From the NCBI GenBank assembly GCA_002269645.1, contig NIVC01002295.1:1-64000 (forward strand): a stretch of DNA of 64,000 nucleotides. The letters are read 5' to 3'. Positions 1-12,938 of this stretch are shown piece by piece; positions within the stretch are counted from its first letter, which is position 1; each line of letters begins with the position of its first letter. A model generated the notes under the pieces. That model saw only the letters and a program-made list of their open reading frames with translations. It did no database searches and was not told the DNA's origin. This DNA is from Macrostomum lignano (taxonomy: Eukaryota). A program made the position numbers and the translations under genes.

Positions 1-404
1 GACTGTTTTAAACAAACAGTGAATAGCTTTAGGATTAGCTGGCCAACACAAACATATTGTGCTCAGGTTCACGCAGACGGAACAGTTGCACAACAAGGAC
101 CTGCCTGACATTGGAGGAGAAAAATGAGAAAATTTACAATAAATCAACACACCTAAGTCATGTTAAAGTACCAACCTTAGTACCAATATTAATATTATTA
201 GGATCTATTGGAAAACACAGCGCTACAAGCAGCTGATTGCTGCTCTACTAATATTAACCATTAACTGTAGCGACAGTAACAAGGATTTCTACTAACGAGC
301 ATAAACTCAAACGACTCGTTAATAGATTATTAGATTATTAGATTATTAGAAATTGGCTTGGCCAGGCTGACTTTGAGAATGAATTAAAAAAATTGTCTGA
401 CTTA

Positions 405-577
405 AACAGACAGACAGACACTAAGACACACAGAGAATGACAGACAGACAGACACTAAGACACACAGAATGACAGACACTAAGACACTAAGACACTAAGA
501 CACACAGAGAGTGACAGACACTAAGACACTAAGACAGACAGACACACAGAGAATGACAGACAGACAGACACAAAGAC

Positions 578-628
<51 letters not shown>

Positions 629-754
629 CAAAGACAGACAGACACTAAGACACACAGAGAATGATAGACAGACAGACACTAAGACAGACAGACACACAGA
701 GAATGACAGACAGACAGACAGGCAGACAGACAGACAAACACAAAGACAGACAGC

Positions 755-825
<71 letters not shown>

Positions 826-850
826 ACTAAGACAGACAGACACAAACGTT
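405..850. repeat. (CAGA)n microsatellite interspersed with CACTAAGA/CACACAGAGAATGA variants
   Basis: Direct read of tandem GACA/CAGA units; the ORFs 645..845 and 661..852 are translations of the repeat. Confidence 0.95.
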
Positions 851-999
851 AACATGGGCTGTCAGTCTTGAATATGATTTTTACCCCCTCTGTATTCGAT
901 ACAAAAAGCAAGTGCTAGAAAAGTACAAATAAAAAAGCTACGGTGGGCATTCAATTTTATCGCAATTTTCTCCCAATATTTGGGCCATGAACCAACCGT

Positions 1000-1646
1000 G
1001 GCAGACACTGGAAGCGAAATCAGTGCGACCGGAGGCGGCCGCTGACAGTCGAGACGAAGGCTGCCGACATTGGAGAGCCGCCGCTGGCGCCAACGCTGAC
1101 ACTGAGGTTGCGACTGGCGCCGTCGCCGCGCCGAGTCACGGAGACGCGCAGCGCCCTACGACTGGCTGCTGGCTGCTGCCGAAGTGCTGCTGCTGCTGTT
1201 TCAATTGCTTGAGATTCTGCTTCCGCTGTTGCTGGTGCCTGGTCAGTTGAGGAACACTAGCCCTGCTGGGAACCATGGCAACGGCTGAGGAGTCGCCGCG
1301 ACAATTATCAAACAGTTGCAGCGGCGGTGGCGGCGGCGGCGACGAGGAAGAAGACGACGACGGCGCGTGCGGCTGGTGCAGCGGCGGCGGGGATGAGGAG
1401 GAGTCCAGCGGGCCGAGCAGCGAGGCGATGTCAGCCAGGTCGGCAGCGCAGTCAACACTGTCGGAAGCCGGGGCAGCTGGAACAGGTCGGCTGGCAGCAG
1501 CGACATGAGGTCGGAGGAGAGCTCACCGGACAGCTGGTCGGCGCCATCGACGGTTAGCTGGCTAAGCGACGATTCTGTAGCTGCTGGGGCGTCGGCGTCG
1601 GCGGCGGCGGCAGGGACGCCGATTCGCTAACTGGCGGCGTCGGGGC
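1000..1646 (-). CDS. Probable internal exon of an unidentified gene; low-complexity Pro/Ser/Gln/Ala-rich, frameshifted as assembled
   Basis: GC-rich island with an acceptor-like TTTTCCATTCAATACAG ending at 1647 on the - strand and a donor-like GTTGGT near 999. Plausible peptides (SSLSQLTVDGADQLSGELSSDL; DLADIASLLGPLDSSSSPPP) lie in different frames. A possible terminal exon VLVVQLFRLREPEHNMFVLAS* lies at about 36-101. Confidence 0.35.
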
Positions 1647-2842
1647 TGTATTGAATGGAAAATCAAATATCAGATAGTTTAATCATAACACAGATCGCCT
1701 ACTGAAAAGTAGCGAGAAAAGAATTTTAAGCAACTGTTTTATAGTCTGTACAAAAAGTATATCTACATCATTGGCCGCGACTGTGCAAACAAAATTAGAA
1801 CAAACCCGGGAGCTTGTCCGGCATTTCAAGAGCCTCTGCTGGTTAGTAGTCAGATTGAAAATGACCAGCTATTTTAAGTTACGAAATCATTTTTTCTACT
1901 TTTAGGTTCACAGTCCACAGACCGAAATTTCGCAAACGCCTAAAAAGACGTCCCGGTGTTTTCGTGATGTACCACTAGTAAGTGAAATTCAACAGATGCT
2001 CAGCTCTTAAACGGCTCATATTTGTCTTACTAAACATACGTATGTAAAAACGCAGGTAGGTAAGATTCGTGAGAACTTCATATTATACAATTGTCTACTA
2101 TGCTCTATCGGTCATGTTGGGCCTACGGCAATTGACTGTTACAGATTGAACTGCCACCCTAACCCTAAACTTAACCTAAAGCTCCTGGTCAAGTTTGTGT
2201 GGCACTTTGGGTGTAGGCATTAAATAACATGAAATAAAACATTATTAATATTTTCCATAGCAGCGATACAAATGAAGGCGAAACCAGTAAGCACGAGGGA
2301 GTAAAAATTATATTTTATAAAATGACTAAAACTAAGTTACTAGGAATTCTGGGTACAGTGGGGACAATATTCAGACAATGGATCAAATTTAAAGGCTTAC
2401 ATGTAGATCATTAGTATGCTTATAGTGCAAAGATTGCATCACAACCTGTGCATCTACCTGCGGCCCTTAGACATGACATTAAACAATCAATAACTGCATG
2501 CACACTTGAAATATCATTAAAACACTCGTTCCATTTTCGCACCTGTATAATAATTTAAGCAGAATCAAACTAGGAAAATTAAGCTACAATAAATAAAACA
2601 AAGTAAATAAATGGAGAGCTGCGAACTTGGAATATACCAAAAGAAAATAAAAATTTCCCTCTATACAATACAAATATCTTAGGATCGGCGACCAAATAGT
2701 AGAAATTGTCTCAGTCTTTTTTCTAGGCAGATTTTTGAGTCTATATAATATGGCCTGTATAGGATAACCACTGTCTCTTATTATGGAATATATATTGCTA
2801 CTAAAAATGACTGTGATAAATACAATAATAGCATGATTTTGC

Positions 2843-4158
2843 TCAGCCGGCATCGCAGTCGGCAATCAGGCCAGCCAAATAGCTCGAGTCCGGCTGGAAC
2901 TGAGAACAGGCAGCCACCGACAGATAATTGGCGCTGCGATACTTTTGGTACACGAATCGGTGCTGATGATGATCCTGATGGGGATGCTGGTGACGCGACT
3001 CAGCGCCACCAGCTGCGGCTCTGAGCACGGCGCGAGCCAGGCTGGCGCAGACTGAGCGCAGTGACTCAGCTGAGTAGCCAGAGTAGAAAGCCAGCTGTTT
3101 GGACCAATCTCGCAATTCTGAGCCAAGCGAAACTCTTAGAGCGCCGGCGGCCAGCCGACTGGCCGGCAGGCAGGACAGCTCGTGCTGAGCGTGGCCAGCT
3201 CCAGCAGGTATTTGCAATAAAGTGCAGCGATTATCGACGCCGCTACTTGGACAGTCGGCGCAGAAAGGTAATTGGCAGCGGAGGAAGCAGGTGAAAATCA
3301 AGCGCGCCAACCAGGCGAGTCTCCAAGTCAGATCGCGCCGGCCACAGGCGCCGGCGCAGACGTGCAGCAAGTCGCCAAGGCTGATGCAGTAGACCTCTTC
3401 GAGCTTGGAGGCCAGCCAGAGCGCAGCAGCGCCCAGCGACTGCAACTGGTGCTTGCTAAACACGAATCAACAGCCAGGTAGTGGTCTAGCAGGCGTACGG
3501 ACAGGTGGAAAGTGTCGATTGAAGCTCAAATCTGCCCTCAATTGAAGCAGCCAATCGACTAAGACAGCGCGAGATCGTTCAGTAATCTCGGCGTGTCCAG
3601 ACAGTAGATTATTCGGCAAGGTGTAAGCTAATTCCCGTTCAGCCAGGTACACAAAGATGTCCTTAGCGTAGGCAGTTACCATGGTGCAGTGGCCTCGTTG
3701 ATCTGCGTCTGGCACGTCAGCTGGCAGAGTCGCTGATCGATCCAAGCAGGGCAGCCTGCTTGGCTCAGCTGGTGCAACCTCCACCGTAGATGTGGAGTCG
3801 GCCTCAGCGACTTTAACATCGGACTTGCATGTATTGTCATTCTTATTACCTGTAGCTTTCTGACAACAGAGCGGCGCAGCGACTGTTGCTGGCTATTGTT
3901 GGAGCACTGCCTTAGCGGCTCTCTAACAGGCTGCTGTCGACGTTTCCCGTTGATTTGCTGCTGAGAATCTTTTTGATTGACCGACTGACTAATGCGACGT
4001 TGCTGGCGGAAATTCTGATAGCTTTTATCAGCAAAGCTGCGAATGTTCGACGCGACGAAGTCGTCCGGTTGTTGCTGTTGTTCTTGTTGTTCGCGTTGCT
4101 GCTTCCTTCGATTGCGCATGGTTTCAGCTAACAGACGCTGCGCCTTGTACATTGACAT
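2843..4158 (-). CDS. Mitotic cyclin (cyclin B/B3/A family, most B-like); apparently intronless, with about 7-9 single-base deletions as assembled
   Basis: D-box-like REPLRQCSN (RxxLxxxxN, 3898-3924); YAKDIFVYLAERE; RSRAVLVDWLLQ; DTFHLSVRLLDHYL; LQSLGAAALWLASKLEEVY; LDFHLLPPLPITFLRRLSK; KYLLELATL; LPASRLAAGAL; VYQKYRSANYLSVA. These cyclin-box motifs are spread across three frames. Confidence 0.9.
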
Positions 4159-4602
4159 GCTTTTGAGATGTTGAATAAATAATAGACAGAAAAACAACTA
4201 CCAAATCACTGATTGCAACGGGCCGCAATTTGGTTAGTAAAAATCGATCGCAAGGCGTGGCTAAATATAATTATTTCAAAAATAAATTTACGTACACCCT
4301 AGATAATAACAAGGCTTAGATTAGAAGAGCCTGGATTTATTGTATGCATTCCGTCCCCCCACCCACTATAACCATTCTAGTTGATATTTTTAATTAGTTC
4401 TTATCTATGGCCGATCACTCCCCATGACTGCGATTGGACGAAATTGGGGCGGGTTGGAGAGCGAGAAGCGCCCCGCCCCACCCCTCTAGGCACACAATTT
4501 CTAACAGTGTACGCTGAAGAGCTGAAGTGTGTGCTCGTATTTTTCTATTCAAATAAGTCTGATTTGTAACCTGTGTACATTTACGAGTAATTGGCCTTTA
4601 AA

Positions 4603-4682
4603 TGGGGAGCCGTAGCCTAGTGTATGTGCTCAATTGCAGTCGCATGAATTTGGGGCTACATTGGAATCTCGGCTTGGCTCTG
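4603..4682 (+). other. Degenerate tRNA-like / SINE head
   Basis: GGGGAGCCGTAGCCTAGTG resembles a tRNA 5' end and A-box; the 3' CTCGGCTTGGCTC can pair with GAGCC; no intact B-box. Confidence 0.25.
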
Positions 4683-4806
4683 CTCGTGTAATTGACGCCC
4701 TTGAGGCCAAACCCACAAAGCACAGTAAAGTGTGCAGCCCTTAGCCTAAAAAAGATGAATAGATAAAGTTTTTAGGACCGCTAAACACTCCTAGCTGTGT
4801 GAGTGT

Positions 4807-5058
4807 CATACATGCCCAACACCTGGCCGATTCGACCGGGTGGTGAGGTCTGGCCAAGGTAAGTCGCAAAAACGCCAACAAAAAAATTCGACGTAATACT
4901 AATTAGATGATGAGGAATTAACCTGAATAATAGTTAGTTACTCCTGCTGTTTACCCAAATTTACGTTAATTTTAGCTTTAGGGTTGATAGGTAAGTCGCA
5001 TTTTTGGTCAAAAAGTGAGTCGCACGGCCGGATGAAATTTCGAAGTTGGGCATGTATG
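4807..5058. mobile_element. hAT-family MITE, 252 bp
   Basis: 14-bp perfect TIR CATACATGCCCAAC...GTTGGGCATGTATG; 8-bp TSD GTGAGTGT at 4799-4806 and 5059-5066. Confidence 0.9.
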
Positions 5059-5187
5059 GTGAGTGTGTGCCTGCGCGTAAGATTGTTGTATGTATCCGTG
5101 CGCCGCGCTTATGTCTCTGCTCAGAGGAGTCGGCGGAATGAGCTGTAATGCCTCTCGCCGGTTTGTGACAATGTCGCTTAAAGTGTG

Positions 5188-5360
5188 CCAGGGCGTGGGG
5201 TCAGGACATCACAAACCCGAAAAATCACAACTCTGAAAAGCGCTTTCATCATCCTACAATCATAACTCCGAAAGTGTAGCCTAGCAACGCCCAACGCTAA
5301 TATGGGTTTTAGGAGTTGTGATTTTCGGGTTTGTGATGGTGACCCCAGTGCGCCCCCAGG
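5188..5360. mobile_element. Small fold-back / MITE-like element
   Basis: CATCACAAACCCGAAAAATCACAACTC (about 5207-5233) is inverted as GAGTTGTGATTTTCGGGTTTGTGATG (about 5313-5338), flanked by GGGGTCA/TGACCCC; no clear TSD. Confidence 0.55.
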
Positions 5361-5467
5361 CCTTTAAATGACTAACAAGTTGTACTGGAAAATGTTTAAG
5401 CACCACCGAAATCTTCCAGCTTTTACAGCTATTTAAAGATATAAACACATTTTAAGCTCAAAAGACT

Positions 5468-6013
5468 CACCGGCAGTAAATACACGCGGCATCGCTCTGT
5501 TGTAGGGCATCATTTTAATAACAAACGGACCGGTAGATTGCCGTTGGCACTGCTGCATCTGCGAATTTACAGATGCTGGCCGCAACGGCTCAGCTCGATG
5601 ATGATGATGAAGCCCAAACTGATGCTGCACCGAGCTGGAGGCAGTGCACGCAGTCGGCACGGGCAATAGTTCAAAGTCAATTGCCAGACGGCTGCTTCTC
5701 CTAGCTGTCACCTGGTATCCGGGCCGACAGTCCGCGTCCGGCGAGTCGGACTGTCCGGGTCGGAGGAATCGCATGTACTTTTAAGCACGCTACCGATAGG
5801 CAGTGCCACCAAGGCGCTCAGTGTGGATAATTCCAGAGTGAATCGGACTGGCAAAGGTGACGTCATTGTTCTTCTTTGATGCAACAATGAGAAGCAAATT
5901 TAGTTTGCTGTCCGAACTGCTTTGGCATAAAACTCTCGATTGGGATATTATGTCTTTTTTTCCTCGATGAAAGCTCGCGAATTGAATCAAATATTTTTTG
6001 GTATAAGGAAGCT
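5468..6013 (-). CDS. Probable exon of an unidentified gene, frameshifted as assembled; weak resemblance to Cramped/CRAMP1-TKI1 SANT proteins
   Basis: Acceptor GATCATTGCAG near 6014 and donor CCG|GTGAGT near 5467 on the - strand. Peptides YQKIFDSIRELSSRKK, DSKLNLLLIVA, FVIKMMPYNRAMPRV occur in shifting frames. The family resemblance is by eye and weak. Confidence 0.3.
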
Positions 6014-6999
6014 GCAATGATCAAGCTTCATTTGTTATAGAAAATAAAACTATTTCTATATATATCTATAATATCACAGCTCAGATCTTACTCTCAGCAG
6101 GGCGAGTTTTGTACTAACCGCGGCCACTTCTGCTTAACTTGCAGCGCTGGTGGTGAATGAGCTAACCTACTAGGCTAGTGATACTCATTAGTTACAGCTG
6201 AACTACTAATTTGAATAGGAAGCTCCATATGAAATAAATAAGAAAGCCATACGAGCGTGAATAAAGTGACTGAAATTTATGCAACTAGCAAGGCAGTACA
6301 AAAACGTTTATATATATACACCCGATGTGCAATTTTTCACACAATGTGCAGAGGGCATCCGGTACACGATGAATATGCACTAGCATTATTCATGGATGTC
6401 AAGGCTCATAAAGGGAGTTTCTGAGATCGAGATGTCAAGGCTCATAAAGGGAGTTTCTGAGATGTCAAGACTCATGGGAGAGTAGCTTGAAATGCTGTGG
6501 CTTATGGGCTTGCTAAGATGCAAAGGATCAATTGAGAGTGGTTGGTAGGCCAGACATCAAAGGGATAGTAAGAGTTAGGGTTTAGCCATGGCTTAAGTCG
6601 AGGCTCTGATGCTTTTTTGTTTTAAACATCGATTTCTACAAGAAAACTGGCAATAGTGGCAGTACAAGGTCAATAGCTATGCACATGTAGTTTATTCAGA
6701 ACTTTTTATTCCTTTTTCTGTAGCCTCCCCAACGTGGAGTGAAGATTGCTAGTCTATTCTAGCTCGTACACCTAATCATAGCTTGGCATTTTGACGGGAA
6801 ATGTTTTTGAGTCGAATTTGTGCTAATGAACACTCGAAAATATTCGAGTTGACAAATGGACCAAAATTTGAACATAGCACATGATTTTTTTAGACGATAT
6901 AACCCTGATTTCTACGGCTTGATAGGACCAGCAAATGTAAATTGAGAAATGCACGCGAGCAATTTAAGTTTGTCTCTGTTGGACTTAAACTGCTTGCAC

Positions 7000-9900
7000 T
7001 CAGGCATTGGACAGTGGAGTCAGGGCGGCCAGGACATGGTCCAGTTTCTCCAAAGCATTAGCGCCAGCCAGCCGGTCCAATTGAACCCGGCGCCACTTGT
7101 CGCCGTTGCCGCCTCGATTAACTGAGACAACAAATTTCCTATTAGAATCCAGCTGCACTAGCAGAGAGCACTGGCCGTCAGGGGAGCGGAGCAGGCTAGC
7201 GGCCGGATCGGAGCTGTTCGCCAGCAGGTGCCAGCCGAGACTGGTGGAGGCGGAGTGCACGCACAGCAGGAGGTGCCGATCGGCCTCGCGCAGCAGGCAG
7301 GGCTGCAGGAGCCGTTTAACGTCGCCTAAGCGGGCAGCGACTCGCTGACCGCAGGTGGTGAGCAGAACAGCCTGCGGCGAGGAGGGGGGTGTCCAGCCTG
7401 ATTTTGTATAGCCATTTTGAACCATCGTTAATTCCTGACCTCATAACTAAGGTAGCCAGTTGTCCAATTGCTAGTCGGACAAGCTAGTCGGACAAATAAT
7501 GAAGACAGAACTGTCACTTAGCAGAAGCTAAATTTAGCAACAGACGGACAGTGACGTTTACGCTCGTAAAAAGTCGGAAGATGGTTGACGGGGGCGAGAG
7601 TCAGGCTATAATTAGGAGACGCGCAAGGAGAGGCCTAAAATTATCGATCGTGCAACTATTTGCACAGTTCTGAATACACGCACATGCACAAAGATAAAAC
7701 GGCCCAATTGGGGGCTACTAAATCTGGGATTTTGGAGATGCGAAACTTAGGGATTGTGAGGCCGGGTGTAATTGTGGGTTGTGAAATTTAATTGGAAATG
7801 TGAATTTGACAATTGCCAACAAGCCCTACTCGCTACTTTCAGTAGTAAGCTGCGAATAGGCAATGAATTAACCAATAACGCAGACAAACCTTCCTATCGC
7901 CGATGCTAATAAGCGCCCGGCTGCGCAACAGATCGTAGCTTCGACGAACAAATTCTACAGCTACGTGGGCGGATGTTGACGACCCGGTCTGCCAGTGCCA
8001 GACTAGGCGAGGCTCCGCCAACGGCCAGGCCTCCAGCAGGTTGGCAACTTCGCGATAGAGCGCCGAGTGCCGGCAGATGGCGGCCAGCCGGTCAAGCAGG
8101 CCGGTCTCCGGCTCCGGCACCGGCCGGAGAACGGGCCGGCCTCGCAGCGCCGCTCGGACAGTCCGGCCGGAGCGCAGCTGGGGAACGGGCCGGGCTCCGG
8201 ACGGGCCTGTTGGTGCCGCTTTAGTAGCAGGCATTCGAGCACGTTGCTTAGATAGTTTGGCCGGGGCAAGCGTTGTGCTTGCTGCTGCTGCTGCTGCTGC
8301 TGCTGGATAAAGGCTTCGAGCTCTGATCGGTGAGTAGAACAAGCAACAGCTATGAATACACAGTGAGTACGATTGAGATAGTTGGTGGGTGACCTAATCT
8401 GTAGATTTGGAAAGAGAAAGATCGCTGCCCAAAATCAAAGGATCTGGGAAGGCAGTCCAGATAAAAGATCTGGGAAAGCGGATATACAGCCTAAGGATCT
8501 GAGAAAAGAAAGCGGATGCACAGCCTGGGATCTGGGAAAGCGGATGCACAGCCAAGGATCTGGGAAAGCGGATGCACAGCCTGGGGATCTGGGAAAGCGG
8601 ATGCACAGCCAAGGATCTGGGAAAGCGGATGCACAGCCTGGGGATCTGGGAAAGCGGATGCACAGCCTGGGGATCTGGGAAAGCGGATGCACAGCCTGGG
8701 GATCTGGGAAAGCGGATGCACAGCCTGGGGATCTGGGAAAGCGGATGCACAGCCTGGGGATCTGGGAAAGCGGATGCACAGCCTGGGGATCTGGAAAAGC
8801 GGATGCACAGCCTGGGGATCTGGGAAAGCGGATGCACAGCCTGAGGAAGGTCTTATAGACGCAGCAATCTTACCATCCCGGCGGACTGCTCCTGCTGCTG
8901 CTGCTGCTGTATCTCGGGTCCAACAACTTTGTACAGACTGACATTGGCGCACAGTCCAGGCGCCAACGGCAGCTCCACAGCGTCTGGTCCGGCGCGAATA
9001 CCAGCCTGGACGCACTCGCAGCAGATGGTGTTGTACAGCTCTTGGGCTAGCAAGAGGCGCTGACTATTGCACAGGCTGACTCGCGGCAGCTCGGTTGCAG
9101 CCGGCTGCGGAAATAGCGACTCGCCAGACGACGTTCGCAGTGTCACCTGCGGGTGCAGATAATTGGATTGCATAGATTTCCTGGCGCCTTGGTGGGCAAC
9201 CATAGTCTAGCACACACTACTGGGCGATCGGAGTGTACAGTAGGACCATGTCCTTCCATTATTCAATAAATGAGTCGCGATGAGCTAGAAGAGGATTATC
9301 TATGACCTTCGCAGGCAGGTACAAAGCAAAATCTCACCTGCACACAAGCCTGACCATACAGGTGCCCCGGCAATAGCACTTCGAAGCTGCTATCTTTGGC
9401 GGTCCGCAGCTCGAATCCGCCACTGTCCGGATAGCGGCTGCCGGCCGAGCGCAGCGATAGGTCGCCGCTAATGGTGTTGGCGACGCGGCGCAGCTTCCAG
9501 CACTGAGCGATCTGTTGCAACTCGAAGTTGCCAATAACCTCCTGCTGCAGCATTTGATTGCTGCCCCGGCCTTTTTCTAGCACCTCGGCGGCCGCTTGTA
9601 CGCACTTTTTCTTGCCTTGAACAACTAGCTGGATTCGTTGTTCGTACTTCTCAACGTCGCGCTGCATCGGCTCTAAGGTAAGCGCCTGCGGCCGTTGACG
9701 CAGCGCAATCAACAGGTCCATCAGCGCAGTGGTCTCGTCAAGAGCCGCCGCTATCGACAAGCGAATCTGGAGGTGGAATTTGGAATTTTTTGTAAGCCTC
9801 ATAAATCTGATCTAAGCTAATTGTGTGACGAACTATTTAGTTTCTGGGCTAATAGCAAAGCGGAACCAAATCTCATATCTAGAGGCTACTAGCGGAATCA

Positions 9901-11022
9901 AATCTTATATCTAGAGGCTACTAGCGGAACCAAATCTGATATATAGAGGCTACTAGCGGAACCAAATCTTATATCTAGAGGCTACTAGCGGAATCAAATC
10001 TCATCTAGAGCTTACTAGCGGAACCAAATCTTATATCTAGAGGCTACTAGCGGAATCAAATCTCATCTAGATTTTACTAGCGGAACCAAATCTTATATCT
10101 AGAGGCTACTAGCGGAATCAAATCTCATCTAGAGCTTACTAGCGGAACCAAATCTCATATCTAGAGCTTAATAGCGAAACCAAATCTAGAGCTTACTAGC
10201 TGAACCAAATCTCATATCTAGAGCTTACTAGCTGAACCAAATCTCATATCTAGAGCTTAATAGCGGAACCAAATCTAGAGCTTACTAGCGGAACCAAATC
10301 TCATATCTAGAGCTTACTAGCGGAACCAAATCTCATATCTAGAGCTTACTAGCGGAACCAAATCTCAAATCTAGAGCTTACTAGCTGAACCAAATCTCAT
10401 ATCTAGAGCTTAATAGCGGAACCAAATCTAGAGCTTACTAGCGGAACCAAATCTCATATCTAGAGCTTACTAGCGGAACCAAATCTCATATCTAGAGCTT
10501 ACTAGCTGAACCAAATCTCATATCTAGAGCTTAATAGCGGAACCAAATCTAGAGCTTACTAGCTGAACCAAATCTCATATCTAGAGGCTACTAGCGGAAC
10601 CAAATCTCATATCTAGAGGCTACTAGCGGAACCAAATCTCATATCTAGAGACTACTAGCCGAACCAAATCCTCTGCAACACTCGGACTCAAAGCTCTAAT
10701 TAGTAAATCTTACATTCTGCCAGTAGGACGCAGACTCTGCATTAGCTGGTCCCAAGCTTGCAGCCTGCTGCTGCCCTCCCCCAGTCGATAAATTTGAGTC
10801 ATCGAGCTGCTCATCGGCTGAGCCAATAGTCGGCTCCACTTCGCTAACAAACTCTTCAAGATCCTCGTCCCATTGTTGGAACTTGATCTTGCTAACCAGC
10901 TGGCAGAACGCCTCGGAAGCGGTTGGCGGCTTCTCGTGCACCTCGGAGCCGTCAGGATTGATTCGTTCAACGGTGTACTCTGGCAGGCATTCCGCAGAGA
11001 TTTGAACGCCAGCTGGGTTCAT
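7000..11022 (-). CDS. MED17: Mediator subunit 17; exons 11022-10714, 9766-9338, 9146-8874, 8322-7890, 7371-7000
   Basis: N-terminus VQISAECLPEYTVERINPDGSEVH; YWQN|IRLSIAAALDETTALMDLL; QCWKLRRVANTISGDLSLRSAGSRYPDSGGFE (MED17 [21 protein letters not shown] block); NSQRLLLAQELYNTICCECVQ; C-terminus SLLRSPDG...LAGANALEKLDHVLAALTP. All introns are GT-AG. Exon 4 has a frameshift near 8110, and the exon 3/4 phase needs one more base. Confidence 0.92.
8445..8845. repeat. 29-bp minisatellite (GGGGATCTGGGAAAGCGGATGCACAGCCT)n in MED17 intron 3
   Basis: About 13 tandem copies read directly; source of the repetitive ORFs between 8382 and 9015. Confidence 0.95.
9858..10670. repeat. About 30-bp minisatellite (AGCGGAACCAAATCTCATATCTAGAGCTTACT-type) filling MED17 intron 1
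   Basis: Tandem copies with short deletion variants, read directly. Confidence 0.95.
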
Positions 11023-12577
11023 GGCTGGTTAAAGCATGCACGCAATCAACAGTTGGCTATAGTTGCACTTTAGTATGCAAATTTAATATCAAATCAACAC
11101 CTAGATTTTAAATGGCAATAACTGCTGTATGGCCAATTTATTGCAGTTTGTGTAGACACTGATAACCAAATGTCACTCGCAATTAAAGTTGGGAATAGTA
11201 GAGCGTCGGGCCTTTTTTCAGTAGTCTGTCTGAGCATTGTCACTTAAATTTAAAACGGCAGCTAAAATTTATATATATTTTTAATCAGGATTTGCGGCCT
11301 CAGCAGCATATGGTGTTAAGAGTATACATGTATATATCAATAGATAATTTTCTTACACAACAAATTGGCTATTTTAATGTTGAAATTTTGAAAACTGTTT
11401 GTTAAAAAAGCAGAAAACAACTTCTTATTTGGCTACTTTTTCTGCTCTAAACTAAAAATTTGTATCAACTTTGAGTGATTGCAATGCAACTTTTTTTTAT
11501 CTTCTTGGCAGTGCATGTCTTTCTAGTGGAAGGGTGGTAGCATGTTTTGAAAAGGGGTAGAGGAGATTAGTAGGCCAAGAACAATAATAGGGGCCTAGGC
11601 CTAGCCTAGTCAATATAATAGGCAATCCTTCAGTTTCTTGCTTTCAGTGTTTGGCATGATACTCAAAAAAGTATTGGTGAAAACCAATACTCTGAAACCC
11701 TTTCTGAAAAAAGTATCGCCAATACCTGAAAGTCCGATACCCAAATTTGAGTATCGGTGATACCCTAATTCCAATACTCTATTCCAATATCCAGTTTTTG
11801 CAAAAAGAATGCTTAACAAATATAGATGCATATAATTAAAGCCTCTCAGACCTTCTCCTAGATTTTTAAGGCAAATAAAACAAGCTTAGCATTGTTTTAA
11901 ATCATGAAGCCTTCAATAAAACTTATAAAATTAAAGTAACAAATGAAAACCAACAGTTGCCACTGTAGTCGATAATTAACTATTTACTAGCCTCTATAGT
12001 AATTCTTCTTTACACCTATTAGCACTGTCATTGTTTTAGTATAGTGTGGCAGCCTGTTAGTCTGCGATTGGTACACCTGTAAGCTTAACCTCAGCCTTGT
12101 TTTTAGGGTTGAGCGCACTTACATGTACACATGTACTCAGCCAGCCAGACCAAATGTTTTAAGCTGAGGTAGAGACTTAAAGCCTTACCTCTGATTGGGC
12201 AACACATCACCTCTCCACTCTCTATACATGTAATCCTAAGTAAATTGCGTACTTCTCTACCCTTTACTCAACTTGGCCTCACAATATATGTTTCCAAAAT
12301 AGTGGATTTATTTATTTATTGCTATATGCATGTACATGTATGCATGCACATATGTTTGTATATGCATGTACGCATTGTTCACTAAATTGCTTGTGTTACT
12401 AGTAGTGTAGCACTAATGTATTTGCTAATGTAGAAATTTTATAATTAATTGGCAATCAGTGACTGACAGTGTTGCAGAACTTGCAACATGATAATTGACT
12501 AAATAATATCATTTTAATGATAATTACTAATTATTATATTAGCTTTTTGTGTTCTAGTTTGACTGTGGGCTTTTAAT

Positions 12578-12938
12578 TTGGTCACAGAGTTGAGCAAAGC
12601 CCAGAGAATGCTGACTAGTCTATGGCACAAACCAGAAGCAACTGATGGGCTTTTAAATTCGATAATGGACACAAATTTGGACACAGAAGACAAGAAGATC
12701 AAAGTTAAGAATGACAGTAATCAGTTTTTGAGGGTAGGTTATGAATCTATATATTTGGCCCAAACATTGAACTTATCCAAACCATAGATACAATTTTCTA
12801 AAACTTTAAACTTTAAGACTCTTGCATTGTCAGAGCCTGTTTCTTCCTTCTAAAAAACTTGTCATGTACTTTGTGCGCTGGCTCAAGAAAAAAGATGCAA
12901 GAGAAGGAAAAGACTGTCCAAATTTGATCAGTTCCTTG
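12578..12938 (+). CDS. Two putative phase-0 exons of an unidentified gene (about 12560-12733 and 12834-12938)
   Basis: AGG|GTAGGT donor at 12734, TGTCAG| acceptor at 12833, second donor TTG|GTTTGT at 12939. The spliced frame reads ...NDSNQFLR|SLFLPSKKLVMYFVRWLKKKDAREGKDCPNLISSL. Confidence 0.35.

Noticed and set aside
1136-1138. In-frame TGA read-through or selenocysteine in the 1000-1646 exon
   Set aside because: The region has several frame switches consistent with indel errors, and I saw no SECIS-like element.
3824-3849. 26-nt micro-intron to fix the first cyclin frameshift
   Set aside because: Very short for a spliceosomal intron; one missing G explains it, matching the other nearby deletions. 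Not fully excluded.
4272-4280. CHR-like TTTGAA about 120 bp upstream of the cyclin ATG
   Set aside because: A 6-mer in AT-rich DNA is expected by chance, and the TSS is unknown.
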